DNA of 24,320 nucleotides from a virus (IMGVR_UViG_3300021387_000761:1-24320), one strand, 5' to 3'. Counted from the stretch's first letter, positions 1-8,599 are shown. Numbers and translations are program-made. Notes: generated from the sequence alone by a model not told the origin.

Positions 1-107
1 TGCACGCCGGACGAACACGGCCTCAAGGTCCGCGCACTGCTGGGCGGCACCGAACTGGGCCGGCAGCTGTACCAGGAGATCTCCGGAGGCTACACCACGA
101 AGATGAG
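1..107. repeat. Left copy of exact 107-bp terminal duplication (identical to 24214-24320)
   Basis: Base-by-base comparison of 1-107 with 24214-24320 shows identity, and both copies lie inside the protease reading frame. Confidence 0.95.
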
Positions 108-378
108 CTTCGCCTTCGTCGTAGCTGAAGACCGCAGGGAGATCATCGAAGACCAGCAGACCGGAGACGTGACGGTGATCCGGACCATCACCCGCATCTC
201 CAAACTTTACGACGTCAGCGCAGTGAGCCTGCCGGCAAATCCTGCGACGACCATAGCAGCCCGCACCTATAGCGAGGGAGTCATCGCTGAGGTAAAAGCG
301 GAGAGACAGAGGGCTGCAGAAGAAACCGAAGCAAAACAGAAGGCCATCGCCCGGATCCGGATCCTGGCCGGCCAGTAA
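1..378 (+). CDS. Prohead (maturation) serine protease, HK97 family, C-terminal part. Continues from 23926-24213 across the circular junction, giving 221 aa in total.
   Basis: Frame 1 is open from base 1 (CTPDEHGLKV...) and matches the end of the ORF starting at 23926. It has a TKMSFAF Ser motif after a YDHEG His motif, sits between portal and capsid genes, and stops at 376-378. Confidence 0.8.
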   Translation, partial: CTPDEHGLKVRALLGGTELGRQLYQEISGGYTTKMSFAFVVAEDRREIIEDQQTGDVTVIRTITRISKLYDVSAVSLPANPATTIAARTYSEGVIAEVKAERQRAAEETEAKQKAIARIRILAGQ

Positions 379-389
379 AGGAGCACGAC

Positions 390-1505
390 ATGGACTACAA
401 AACCATGGAGACCGCAGCCCTTGAGGAGCGCCTGTCCAAGATCGTCGAAGAGGCGACCGAGGAGAGATCCCTGGAAGAGCTGAAGGCCTACGAAGAAGAA
501 CAGCGCGCCATCAAGGCAGAGCTGGAAGCACGGAAGGCGGCCGAAGCAGATCGCAGAAGGATCGCTGAAGAAATCGCCAACGGATCCGGCGAGACCGTCA
601 ACGAGGATCCCGCAACCAACGAAAGGAAACAGAGCAAAATGGAAAACAAGGAAATCCGCAACAGCAAGGAGTACATCGACGCCTTCGCGAACTACATCCG
701 CACCGGCAACGACGCAGAGTGCCGCGCCCTGCTGTCTGACGCAGCATCCGGCACCGTACCCATCCCCGAGTTCGTCTCCGGCATCGTAGCCGAGAGAGTG
801 AAAGAGTCCCGGATCCTGTCCAGAGTTCGCAAGGTCAACGCGCCTGGCGTCCTGAAGACCGGCTTCGAGATCAACGCACCCGTGGCGACCCTGCACGCTG
901 AAGGCGGCGCAGCAGTCGACGAAGAAGCCCTCACCCTGGGCATCGTAACCATGAACCCGGCGAGCTTCAAGAAGTGGGTCAGCTTCTCTGACGAACTGAT
1001 GGAGAACAGCGAGAGCTTCATCGAGTACATCTATGACGAAATCACCCGCGGCATCATCAAAGCCGAAGAGAAGGCCGTCATCGATGCCATCCTGGCTGCT
1101 CCGCAGACCGCGACCGCGGCAAGACCTGCCGTAGCCAAGACCGGCTCCGCTGCAGGTGCCATCACCGACTTCGTAGACGCGAGAGCGCTGCTGTCCGGAG
1201 CTGCTGAAGACCTGGTGGTCATCGTCAGCCCGGCTGACTATGCAACCTACCGCGGCCTGCAGATGGCTGCGACCTACGGCGTCGACCCGTTCGACGGTCG
1301 CGAAGTCATCGTGTCCGACTACGCCACCGTGCCCATCATCGGCGACCTGTACGGCGTAACCCTGAACAGACCGAACGGCGACGAGATCCAGTTCAAGCTG
1401 GACGAGCACACCATGATGACCAGCGACATCGTCAGACTGCTGGGCAGACAGGCGGCATCCGTCGCAGTCACCGGCAACCTGTACTTCGCGAAGGTGGCAG
1501 CCTAA
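390..1505 (+). CDS. Major capsid protein, HK97 fold, with N-terminal coiled-coil delta/scaffold-like domain
   Basis: 371 aa. The N-terminal ~80 aa are Glu/Lys/Ala-rich coiled coil (LEERLSKIVEEATEE...AELEARKAAEADRRR), typical of HK97-type capsid precursors. It lies directly after the protease. SD AAAGGAG is 7 nt upstream. Confidence 0.85.
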   Translation: MDYKTMETAALEERLSKIVEEATEERSLEELKAYEEEQRAIKAELEARKAAEADRRRIAEEIANGSGETVNEDPATNERKQSKMENKEIRNSKEYIDAFANYIRTGNDAECRALLSDAASGTVPIPEFVSGIVAERVKESRILSRVRKVNAPGVLKTGFEINAPVATLHAEGGAAVDEEALTLGIVTMNPASFKKWVSFSDELMENSESFIEYIYDEITRGIIKAEEKAVIDAILAAPQTATAARPAVAKTGSAAGAITDFVDARALLSGAAEDLVVIVSPADYATYRGLQMAATYGVDPFDGREVIVSDYATVPIIGDLYGVTLNRPNGDEIQFKLDEHTMMTSDIVRLLGRQAASVAVTGNLYFAKVAA

Positions 1506-1675
1506 TGAAGAAGGTCATCCTGACGAACGACACCGTGGTCCGCTTCGCTAAAGGCACGGTCCTGGAAGTCTCCGATCAGGAGGCCGCCAGACTGATCGCC
1601 TTCAACAACGCGGCACCGGCGCCTGAAGAGAAGCCGGCAAAACCGGCGAAGAAGGCAACGGCCAAGAAGGGCTGA
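1505..1675 (+). CDS. Small hypothetical protein (56 aa) with Ala/Pro/Lys-rich basic tail
   Basis: ATG overlaps the capsid stop (TAATG), with a GAAGGTGG SD-like sequence upstream. Translation: MKKVILTNDTVVRFAKGTVLEVSDQEAARLIAFNNAAPAPEEKPAKPAKKATAKKG. It is below the ORF-track size cutoff. Confidence 0.5.
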   Translation: MKKVILTNDTVVRFAKGTVLEVSDQEAARLIAFNNAAPAPEEKPAKPAKKATAKKG

Positions 1676-1742
1676 TGCTTATGTGGGCGACGCGGTCCTC
1701 CTACCGCCCGCCCACTTCAGTTATTAGGAGAGGAGAAACAAC

Positions 1743-2039
1743 ATGCTGGAACTTGTAAAGACCGCGCTGCGGATCACTTCGACAGCCTTCGACGCTGAGC
1801 TGTCGATGCTGATCCAGGCGTGCATGGCTGAGCTGGAGGCGATGAACGTGACGGTGGCCACCGACGAAACCGGTGCCCCGACGTCCCCGATGGTCAAGTC
1901 CGCCGTGGTGGCCTACGTCAAATGGCGCTTCGGCAACCACGAAGACAAGGACGAGTGGCGGGACATCTACCACATCATGCTGGCGCAGCTGAAGACCATG
2001 ACCGGTTATACGAACTGGAGGGACGGCATCGATGGCTGA
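1743..2039 (+). CDS. Head-tail connector/adaptor protein (gp6-like)
   Basis: 98 aa. The N-terminus LELVKTALRITSTAFDAELSMLIQACMAELE resembles gp6-like connector proteins. Position is right after the capsid. Strong SD AGGAGAGGAG. Confidence 0.7.
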   Translation: MLELVKTALRITSTAFDAELSMLIQACMAELEAMNVTVATDETGAPTSPMVKSAVVAYVKWRFGNHEDKDEWRDIYHIMLAQLKTMTGYTNWRDGIDG

Positions 2040-2379
2040 AGCAATCGACTTCTATCTGGTCAAGGAGACCTACGTCAAGGACCAGATCGGGCAGCTGGTG
2101 GCCAGCCTGAGCCGGCGCCAGCTTCTGGGCGAGCGTGAGAGCGTGACCCGGGCGGAGTGGTCGGCAGCAGGACAGAACGGCCTGCAGGCACAGTACCGTG
2201 TCAACATGTTCGCGCCGGACTACGAGGGCGAGAAGATCCTGCAGATGGAGACCAACGGGACGCTGAAGAACTTCGGCATCTATCGAGTCTTCCGGAGCGG
2301 CGACACGCTGGAGCTGTACCTGGAAGAAAAGCCGGGCAACACCAACGACCCGACGGTCCCAGAGGACGCCAATGGCTGA
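2032..2379 (+). CDS. Head closure / head-tail joining protein (SPP1 gp16-like)
   Basis: 115 aa. The start overlaps the upstream stop by 8 nt. Size and position are typical, and the motif pattern is consistent with head-tail joining proteins. Confidence 0.55.
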   Translation: MAEAIDFYLVKETYVKDQIGQLVASLSRRQLLGERESVTRAEWSAAGQNGLQAQYRVNMFAPDYEGEKILQMETNGTLKNFGIYRVFRSGDTLELYLEEKPGNTNDPTVPEDANG

Positions 2380-2770
2380 CAGCTACACCGTGGAGGAGTT
2401 CGCCCTGGCGATCAATGAAGCGCTGCAAGAGTTCGCCGGCGCGGTGGACTACGACGTCTGGTACGTGACCGAGAAGGTCGCAAAGCAGGCAGCCGCAAAC
2501 GTCCGCGATGGCATCAAGTCTTCAGGCATAAAAGGCACCGGAGCCTATCGCAAGAGCATCCGGGTCCGCAGCCTGAAGGAAAAGCGGCTCGTGCACAAGA
2601 AGATCATCTACGCCAAGGCGCCCGAGTACCGGCTGACACATCTGCTGGAGTATGGGCACGCCACGGCAAACGGCGGACGCACCAGAGCGTTCACACACTG
2701 GAAACCAGCAGAGCAGAAAGCCATCGACGACTTCGTCAAGGAACTGCGGGAGGCTATAAATGACCATTAA
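2372..2770 (+). CDS. HK97 gp10-like neck/tail-completion protein
   Basis: 132 aa. Overlapping start. The GTGAYRKSIRVRS segment and gene position resemble the HK97 gp10 family. Confidence 0.5.
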   Translation: MADSYTVEEFALAINEALQEFAGAVDYDVWYVTEKVAKQAAANVRDGIKSSGIKGTGAYRKSIRVRSLKEKRLVHKKIIYAKAPEYRLTHLLEYGHATANGGRTRAFTHWKPAEQKAIDDFVKELREAINDH

Positions 2771-3080
2771 ACAGATGCGCGAGATCCTGGAAGGCGTTCC
2801 GGGCTTCGAGAACAAGGTGACCTACTACCAGTGGCCAATCAATGAGGCGCCGGCTCTGCCCTACGTCTGCTTCTTCGAGCAGCAGGCGTACACGTTCCCG
2901 GCGGACAACGTGGCCTACTATAGCCGGCCACGGATCAGCGTCGAACTATACACAAAAGACCGAGACCTTGCCACCGAGGCGCTGTTCGAGCAGGCCTTCA
3001 CGGCGGCAGGGCTCTACTACACGAAGGAGACCGAGTACCTGGACGACGAGCGCTGCCAGTTCACGGTCTTCCAGTTATAA
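2760..3080 (+). CDS. Putative tail terminator / tail completion protein
   Basis: 106 aa. SD GGGAGG upstream. It is the last small gene before the major tail protein. The call rests on position only. Confidence 0.4.
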   Translation: MTIKQMREILEGVPGFENKVTYYQWPINEAPALPYVCFFEQQAYTFPADNVAYYSRPRISVELYTKDRDLATEALFEQAFTAAGLYYTKETEYLDDERCQFTVFQL

Positions 3081-3092
3081 GGAGGCCAAAAC

Positions 3093-3677
3093 ATGGCAGA
3101 GAACAAAGTCCGGTTTGGACTGAAGAATGTTTATTATGCCGTACTGACCGAGAGCACCGACGGCACCGCGAACACCTACGCCACCCCGGTGGCAGTTCCG
3201 GGCGCCGTCAGCCTTACCCTGGACAGCAACGGCACCGACGGCACCTTCTATGCCGATAACGTGGCATACTACAAGACCTTCGCGAACAACGGGTACACCG
3301 GCGAGCTGGAGATGGCCCGGATCAACGACGCGATGCTGCAGGACGTCTGGGGCATGGATCTGGACGCCACCAGCAAGATCCTGTACGAGAAGACCGGCAT
3401 CCAGCCGAAGCCCTTCGCTCTCCTCTTCCAGATCGAGGGCGACCAGGACGAGGAGCTGAACTGCTTCTACAGAGTGGTGCCGACCAGCAAACCATCGGCA
3501 GGCAGCCAGACGGTCGCCGAAGAAGTCGAACCGGTCACCCAGACCTTCGAGTTCGAGGCGCTGCCGCTGGTCACCGGCCCGGCAACCCAGGCAGGCCTTA
3601 TTAAGGCCAGAACGACGGATGCAACCCCGGACGCGACCAAGACGGCGTGGTTCACGGCGGTGCAGATCCCTGCATAA
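3093..3677 (+). CDS. Major tail protein (phi13-like family)
   Basis: 194 aa. The N-terminus KVRFGLKNVYYAVLTESTDGT..YATPVAVPGAVSL is typical of phi13-family major tail proteins. SD AAGGAGG. Followed by a strong terminator and the chaperone/tape-measure genes. Confidence 0.75.
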   Translation: MAENKVRFGLKNVYYAVLTESTDGTANTYATPVAVPGAVSLTLDSNGTDGTFYADNVAYYKTFANNGYTGELEMARINDAMLQDVWGMDLDATSKILYEKTGIQPKPFALLFQIEGDQDEELNCFYRVVPTSKPSAGSQTVAEEVEPVTQTFEFEALPLVTGPATQAGLIKARTTDATPDATKTAWFTAVQIPA

Positions 3678-3697
3678 TAAAACAACCAGCAAAGAGC

Positions 3698-3722
3698 GGC
3701 GGACCTTCGGGTCCGCCTTTTC
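3698..3722 (+). terminator. Rho-independent terminator after the major tail gene
   Basis: GGCGGACC-TTCG-GGTCCGCC perfect 8-bp stem (3698-3717) followed by TTTT. Confidence 0.8.
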
Positions 3723-3744
3723 GTGCATATAGGAGGAGGACTAC

Positions 3745-4152
3745 ATGCGGAAGACAATCAACATCGAAGGAACAGAGCGGACCGTAGACGCGAACGCGCT
3801 GCTGCCGAGGCAGTACCGGAAGGAGTTCGGGCGGGACGTGATCGTGGACATGCAGAAGCTGCTGGGCGGGATCAAGTTATCAGCGGAAGCCATGAAGCGG
3901 GCCCGCAAGGATCCGGACGGCATGGCTGCCGAACTGCTGGCAGATCCGAACGCCCTGGACAGCATGGATCTGTCCGTCATCGAGAACCTGGCGTGGCTTA
4001 TGCTGCGCGCCGGCGGCGAGGACGTAGGCGACACCGTAGAAGCCTGGCTGGGAAGCCTGACCGACACGATGACCATCTACAACATCATGCCGGACATCGT
4101 CGAGCTGTGGGTCAGCAGCCAGAGCACGACGTCCAAAGCTAAAAAAAAATGA
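3745..4152 (+). CDS. Tail assembly chaperone (gpG-like)
   Basis: 135 aa between the major tail and tape-measure genes. SD AGGAGGAGG. It ends in the slippery run AAA AAA AAA TGA. Confidence 0.7.
   Translation: MRKTINIEGTERTVDANALLPRQYRKEFGRDVIVDMQKLLGGIKLSAEAMKRARKDPDGMAAELLADPNALDSMDLSVIENLAWLMLRAGGEDVGDTVEAWLGSLTDTMTIYNIMPDIVELWVSSQSTTSKAKKK
4141..4149 (+). promoter_or_regulatory. A9 slippery run: candidate -1 programmed frameshift (or transcriptional slippage) site for a G-T chaperone fusion
   Basis: Nine consecutive A residues form the last three Lys codons of the chaperone. The -1 frame is closed by TAA at 4140-4142 and open from 4143 to 4340. Confidence 0.65.
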
Positions 4153-4340
4153 AATCCACGACCCGGCCCTATAACGGCGCGGTCTTTATGCTGCGCTGTG
4201 CCGAGCTGGGTCTTTCAGACGAAGCCCTGGCGGGCATGACCATCGGCATGGTCTACGACCTGCTGGCCGAGAAGGCAAACGACCAGGAGGACTACCCGGT
4301 CAAGGGCGACCAGGACGACATCCGGAAGATCTTCGGATAA
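4149..4340 (+). CDS. gpT-like -1 frame extension of the tail assembly chaperone (63 codons)
   Basis: It lies in the -1 frame relative to 3745-4152 and begins inside the A9 run. No SD precedes its ATG, unlike nearly all other genes. Position is immediately upstream of the tape measure. Confidence 0.6.
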   Translation: MKSTTRPYNGAVFMLRCAELGLSDEALAGMTIGMVYDLLAEKANDQEDYPVKGDQDDIRKIFG

Positions 4341-4350
4341 GGAGGCCGAA

Positions 4351-6132
4351 ATGGCAAACAACATCAAGGGCATCACCATCCAGATCGGAGGCGACACCAC
4401 AGGGCTGGACAAGGCACTGAAGGGCGTCAACGGGCAGGCACGGGAAGCCCAGAACGAACTAAAAGAGGTCAACAAGGCCCTGAAGCTCGACCCGACGAAC
4501 GTCGAGCTGCTGGAGCAGAAGCAGCGGGCCCTGGCATCGGCTGTAGAAGCCACCACGAAGAAGCTGGAGACCTTAAAGGACGCACAAAAGCAGGCAGCGG
4601 ACCAGCTGGCCCGTGGCGACATCGGTCAGCAGCAGTACGACGCCTTGAGCCGGGAGATCGTCAAGACCGAGGCCGAACTGAAGAAGGCTAAGGACGCCCA
4701 GGACAACTTCAACATATCAGCCGAACAGGCCAGCGCGAAACTGTCCGCAGTCGGAGACAAGGCGCAGATGGTCGCGGACAAGACCAAGGCGCTGTCCGCA
4801 GCTGCAGCTGGGCTTGTAGTGGCCATCGGTGGCGCGGCCATTAAGTCGGCAGCATGGGCGGACGATCTGAACACACTGAGCAAGCAGACCGGCCTGACGA
4901 CGGAAGACCTGCAGAAGATGCAGTACGCCAGCGAACTGGTCGACGTATCGGTCGACGACATCGCCGGCAGTATGAGCAAAATGCGCAGGGCGATGGCTAC
5001 GGACGGCAAGCAGGACGTCTTCGCTCAATTAGGCGTCAGCGTCCGAGACGGCACCGGAGCACTCAGAGACAGCAGCGACGTCTTCTACGAGGTCCTGGAC
5101 CGCCTGGGCAAGGTCGGAAACGAGACCGAGCGGGACGCCCTGGCCATGGAGATCTTCGGGAGATCCGCTGACCAGCTGGCCGGCATTATCGACGACGGTG
5201 GCGCAAGCCTGAAGGCTCTGGGCGAAGAAGCAGAGAACCTGGGCCTGATCCTGGACCAGGACACCCTGGACGCCATGAACCGCGTCAACGACCAGATCGA
5301 CCGGTTAAAAGCCCAGGCGCAGGGTCAGTTCGCAAAAGCTGGCGCAGCTGCCCTGGAAGCACTGACCCCGGCCATCGAGGGCATCGTAAACGCCCTGAGC
5401 AAGGTGCTGGAGTTCATCGGAAACCTTAACCCGGAGGTCATCAAGGTCGTGACCATCATCGCGGCCATCGTGGCAGCCATCAGCCCGGTGGCGGCTATCA
5501 TCGCGAAGATCGCCGGACTGCTGGCAACGCTGGCGCCACTGCTGCCTGTTATCGGCACGGCCCTGGCTGCCCTGGCGTCTCCGGTCACGCTGGTGATCGC
5601 CGGCATCGCGGCGCTTGTCCTTGTACTGGCTGACCTTGTGAAGACGATCTACGACAACTGGGACAAGATCAAGCAGAAGTTCACCGACGCGAAAGACTAC
5701 GTGGTCGGGATCTTCGAGAAGATCCGGGACGCCGTAAAAGAAAAAATCAACGCGGTCATCGACTTCGTGAACAAGGGCATCGAAGCGATCAACAAGCTCA
5801 TCGCAAAAATAAACGACAGCGCCCTGGGCAAGTTCTTCGGGATCAACATCGGATCCATCGGCACGCTGCCGGCACTGGCAGGCGGTGGAAGCCTGGCATC
5901 CGGGTCCGCGCTTGTAGGTGAGAACGGTCCGGAGCTTCTGTCCATGAGCAACGGCCGGGCAAACGTGCAGCCGCTGCAGCAGACCACCAACACGTACAAC
6001 ACGATCAACCAGACGAGCCGGCAGCCGGTGCAGGTCAACCTGGAGGTCAGCGGGATCCAGCTGGCGAAGGCCTTATATGATCCCCTGAAGCAGGTCAGCA
6101 GGCAGTACGGCCCCAGCTTCGTCACGGAATAA
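4351..6132 (+). CDS. Tail tape measure protein
   Basis: 593 aa. N-terminal coiled coil, long Ala/Ile/Leu-rich hydrophobic central segment (VVTIIAAIVAAISPVAAIIAKIAGLLATLAPLLPVIGTALAALASPVTLVIAGIAALVLVLA), and canonical position after the G/GT chaperones. Confidence 0.9.
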   Translation: MANNIKGITIQIGGDTTGLDKALKGVNGQAREAQNELKEVNKALKLDPTNVELLEQKQRALASAVEATTKKLETLKDAQKQAADQLARGDIGQQQYDALSREIVKTEAELKKAKDAQDNFNISAEQASAKLSAVGDKAQMVADKTKALSAAAAGLVVAIGGAAIKSAAWADDLNTLSKQTGLTTEDLQKMQYASELVDVSVDDIAGSMSKMRRAMATDGKQDVFAQLGVSVRDGTGALRDSSDVFYEVLDRLGKVGNETERDALAMEIFGRSADQLAGIIDDGGASLKALGEEAENLGLILDQDTLDAMNRVNDQIDRLKAQAQGQFAKAGAAALEALTPAIEGIVNALSKVLEFIGNLNPEVIKVVTIIAAIVAAISPVAAIIAKIAGLLATLAPLLPVIGTALAALASPVTLVIAGIAALVLVLADLVKTIYDNWDKIKQKFTDAKDYVVGIFEKIRDAVKEKINAVIDFVNKGIEAINKLIAKINDSALGKFFGINIGSIGTLPALAGGGSLASGSALVGENGPELLSMSNGRANVQPLQQTTNTYNTINQTSRQPVQVNLEVSGIQLAKALYDPLKQVSRQYGPSFVTE

Positions 6133-6142
6133 GGAGGAGCGG

Positions 6143-6508
6143 ATGACCCTAATCATCAACGGGCAGGATTTCTCTGCCTATATTCAGCAAAAGACGGACA
6201 TCGTCGAGACCATGCGGAGGATCGTCGGCCCTGCGCAGGACACTGCGGTGGACGGCACCGAGATCCTGGACCTGGTCAAGATCAAGTGGGACCCGGCCTT
6301 CCGCCTGAAGCCGCTGCCGAAGAACATGATGCAGCAGCTGATCGCCATGATGGAGCAGGAGCAGGTCACGATCCAGTACGACAGCGTGGTCCAGAACACG
6401 CTGCGGACCATCGACGCGGAGCCGGTCAGCATCACCGTCCAGTACGCGACGGACTGGAACGGCCAGGAGATCTACGCAGACACCCCGATCTCTTTTATGG
6501 AGGTGTAG
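6143..6508 (+). CDS. Putative minimal distal tail protein (Dit / lambda gpM-like position)
   Basis: 121 aa, immediately after the tape measure. SD AAGGAGGAG. The call rests on position and size only. Confidence 0.4.
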   Translation: MTLIINGQDFSAYIQQKTDIVETMRRIVGPAQDTAVDGTEILDLVKIKWDPAFRLKPLPKNMMQQLIAMMEQEQVTIQYDSVVQNTLRTIDAEPVSITVQYATDWNGQEIYADTPISFMEV

Positions 6509-6511
6509 CCC

Positions 6512-8599
6512 GTGAACTATATCCAGTACGGCCGCGAGTTTTTCCACGGCAACAGCCGCCGGTGGGGCACTAACGGTCTTTTTATGAACGGCGAGGTGGA
6601 GCAGCGGATCGCCCTGTTCGGGAACGAGCTATCGGCGGACAGCTTGACCTTCGTCGTTAATAGCAAGGCCCTGGTCGGAGACGGTACCGGCTACGCCTTC
6701 CTGCTGGACAGCGACATGAGGCCCCTGCAGACGTCTGACGGCAAGTTCCTGGTCACGCGGCAGATCTACACCGACTGGCGCAACTTCGTGCCAGGCGCGT
6801 CTCTGGACCTTTACAACAACCCAGGCGGCACCATGATCGGCCGGTTCTACGTTCAGGACGTGAAGCGGATCAACCGGAAGGCGGTCCAGTTTACCTGCAC
6901 AGATTGCGTGGGGATCCTGGACGGCATGGACGACCACGGCGGTGGAGTCTATACCGGCGAGACCGTCTCCCAGATCTGCGCGGAGATCTTCGCCGGATCC
7001 GGGCTGACGTATACAGTCGGCGAGGACGTCGGAGCGGTCCAGTGCTACGGACGCCTGGCGCGAGACAACCGGCGTGTCAACATGGGCAAGCTGCTGGTCG
7101 CAACCGGGGCAACCCTGAGCGAGAAGAACGGCGTGGTGCAGATAACATACCTGGGCGCCGGAGCCCCGTCCACCATGTACCAGAGGAACGTATACATGCA
7201 CGGCGGGAGCGTCACGAACAAAGACAGAGCGACCGGCGTGGAAGTGACCGAGCACGCCTTTTATGAGCTGGCCACGGATGCGGACGCGGTCCTGTTTGAC
7301 AACACGGCCGAGGTCACGCCGGCAGCGTCTCAGCTGGTCATCTTCCAGGAAGCCTGCCACGATCTGACCGTGACCGGCACGCTGACCCTGGAAGAGAGCA
7401 ACGCGAACTACGCCATCGTGTCCGGCGTCGGAACGCTGTCCGGGAAAGTCTACACGCACACCAAGCGCCAGATCTCCAAGTCGACCGGCGTCGTGTCGAA
7501 CAAGGTCAAGGTCGAGAAGATCGAGAACAACGAGCTGATAGGCTATCACAACAGCGACTACGTGGCGCAGCGGATGGCGAACTGGTACAAGGTAGAGCTG
7601 GGCGTGGGCATGGAAGCCCTGGATCCGACCGGGGCCCTGATGCCTGGCAGCTACGTGAACCTGGTCGACCCGTTTGGACAAGCCAGGACCGGATGGACGC
7701 GGCACAAGTCCTTCGCGATCGGAAACAAGACCCGCGCCACCTGGGACGTCGCAATAGACTGGACACCTGGACCCTGGGGCAGCAACCTGGACGCCTGGGA
7801 GCTTATAACCGAGAACCAGACGTGGACGGTCCCGGCTGGAGTAACGTCGCTGCGCATCGTCCTGGGACAGGGCGGCAAAGGTGGCGGAGGCGGGAACGAT
7901 GGCGGCTCCGGTTTGTCCTGCAGAGACCCGGGAGACGGTGGGGCTGCAGGCGCTGCAGGCACTCCGGGCAAGGTCAACATCGTCGACATCACAGTCACGC
8001 CTGGGCAGACGTTCCAGGTCACGATCGGAGCGCCAGGCGCCGGAGGAGATCCGAACGAAGACGGATCCGATGGAGGCGAGACAACCTTCGGAAGTTATTC
8101 CAGCGCGGACGGCGTCGTGCCGGAGCAGGGCTTCCTGAACCAGTTCACCGGCGACGTATACGCGGTCGCGGGCGAGGCCGGCATCCCAGGAGCAAAAGGC
8201 GGAAAACCATCGACCAACCAGTGGGAATACGGCGAAAGCGTAACGGCGGACGGACAAACCTGGACGGGAGGTCGAGGCACTCGTCCGAAAACATCAAGCA
8301 GTGGCACCTATTCATACAGCGGAGCAGGCGGCGGCGGTGCTGCATACGGAAACAACGGTGAAAACGCATCAAGCGCAGAAAATGCAGGGAGAGGCGCCGA
8401 TGCAACTGATCGGCCGGATCTTCCATCGCCTGGCCTTGGAAGCGGAGGTATCGGTGGCAACGGCGGCGGAGGCGGCGGCCAAGGCGGAACGAGGAACAAC
8501 ATCTGCTGGAGCGGAAGCGACGCAGCCGGCGGCAGAGGCTCCAAAGGCTTCGACGGCGGCCCTGGCTGGTGCATGCTGCTTTATAAGGCCGCATCCTAA
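6512..8599 (+). CDS. Tail tip / minor tail protein (Tal position) with C-terminal glycine-rich domain
   Basis: 695 aa with a GTG start 6 nt after GGAGGTG. The C-terminal ~270 aa start WTVPAGVTSLRIVLGQGGKGGGGGNDGG and carry repeated GGxGG blocks, resembling the glycine-rich domain of phage minor tail and fibre proteins. Confidence 0.6.
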   Translation: MNYIQYGREFFHGNSRRWGTNGLFMNGEVEQRIALFGNELSADSLTFVVNSKALVGDGTGYAFLLDSDMRPLQTSDGKFLVTRQIYTDWRNFVPGASLDLYNNPGGTMIGRFYVQDVKRINRKAVQFTCTDCVGILDGMDDHGGGVYTGETVSQICAEIFAGSGLTYTVGEDVGAVQCYGRLARDNRRVNMGKLLVATGATLSEKNGVVQITYLGAGAPSTMYQRNVYMHGGSVTNKDRATGVEVTEHAFYELATDADAVLFDNTAEVTPAASQLVIFQEACHDLTVTGTLTLEESNANYAIVSGVGTLSGKVYTHTKRQISKSTGVVSNKVKVEKIENNELIGYHNSDYVAQRMANWYKVELGVGMEALDPTGALMPGSYVNLVDPFGQARTGWTRHKSFAIGNKTRATWDVAIDWTPGPWGSNLDAWELITENQTWTVPAGVTSLRIVLGQGGKGGGGGNDGGSGLSCRDPGDGGAAGAAGTPGKVNIVDITVTPGQTFQVTIGAPGAGGDPNEDGSDGGETTFGSYSSADGVVPEQGFLNQFTGDVYAVAGEAGIPGAKGGKPSTNQWEYGESVTADGQTWTGGRGTRPKTSSSGTYSYSGAGGGGAAYGNNGENASSAENAGRGADATDRPDLPSPGLGSGGIGGNGGGGGGQGGTRNNICWSGSDAAGGRGSKGFDGGPGWCMLLYKAAS

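Noticed and set aside
267-1409. 380-aa ORF on the minus strand opposite the capsid gene. Similar long antisense ORFs occur at 3075-3728, 10346-10990, 14236-15294 and 21642-22328.
   Set aside because: These are typical high-GC antisense artefacts. They are Arg/Gly/Ala/Val-rich low-complexity translations with no SD. Each fully overlaps a + strand gene that has recognisable motifs and a strong SD.
6629-8257. 542-aa minus-strand ORF inside the tail-tip gene
   Set aside because: Same reasoning. The opposite strand encodes a well-supported structural gene. The translation is Arg/Asp/Val/Gly-rich with no recognisable domain and no ribosome-binding site.
7693-8361. Alternate-frame + strand ORFs with extremely Arg-rich translations (also 3723-4142, 21914-22573, 12422-12784, 19023-19436)
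   Set aside because: These are out-of-frame readings of genuine genes in GC-rich DNA. The poly-Arg/Pro/Gly translations are not protein-like and lack start-site signals.
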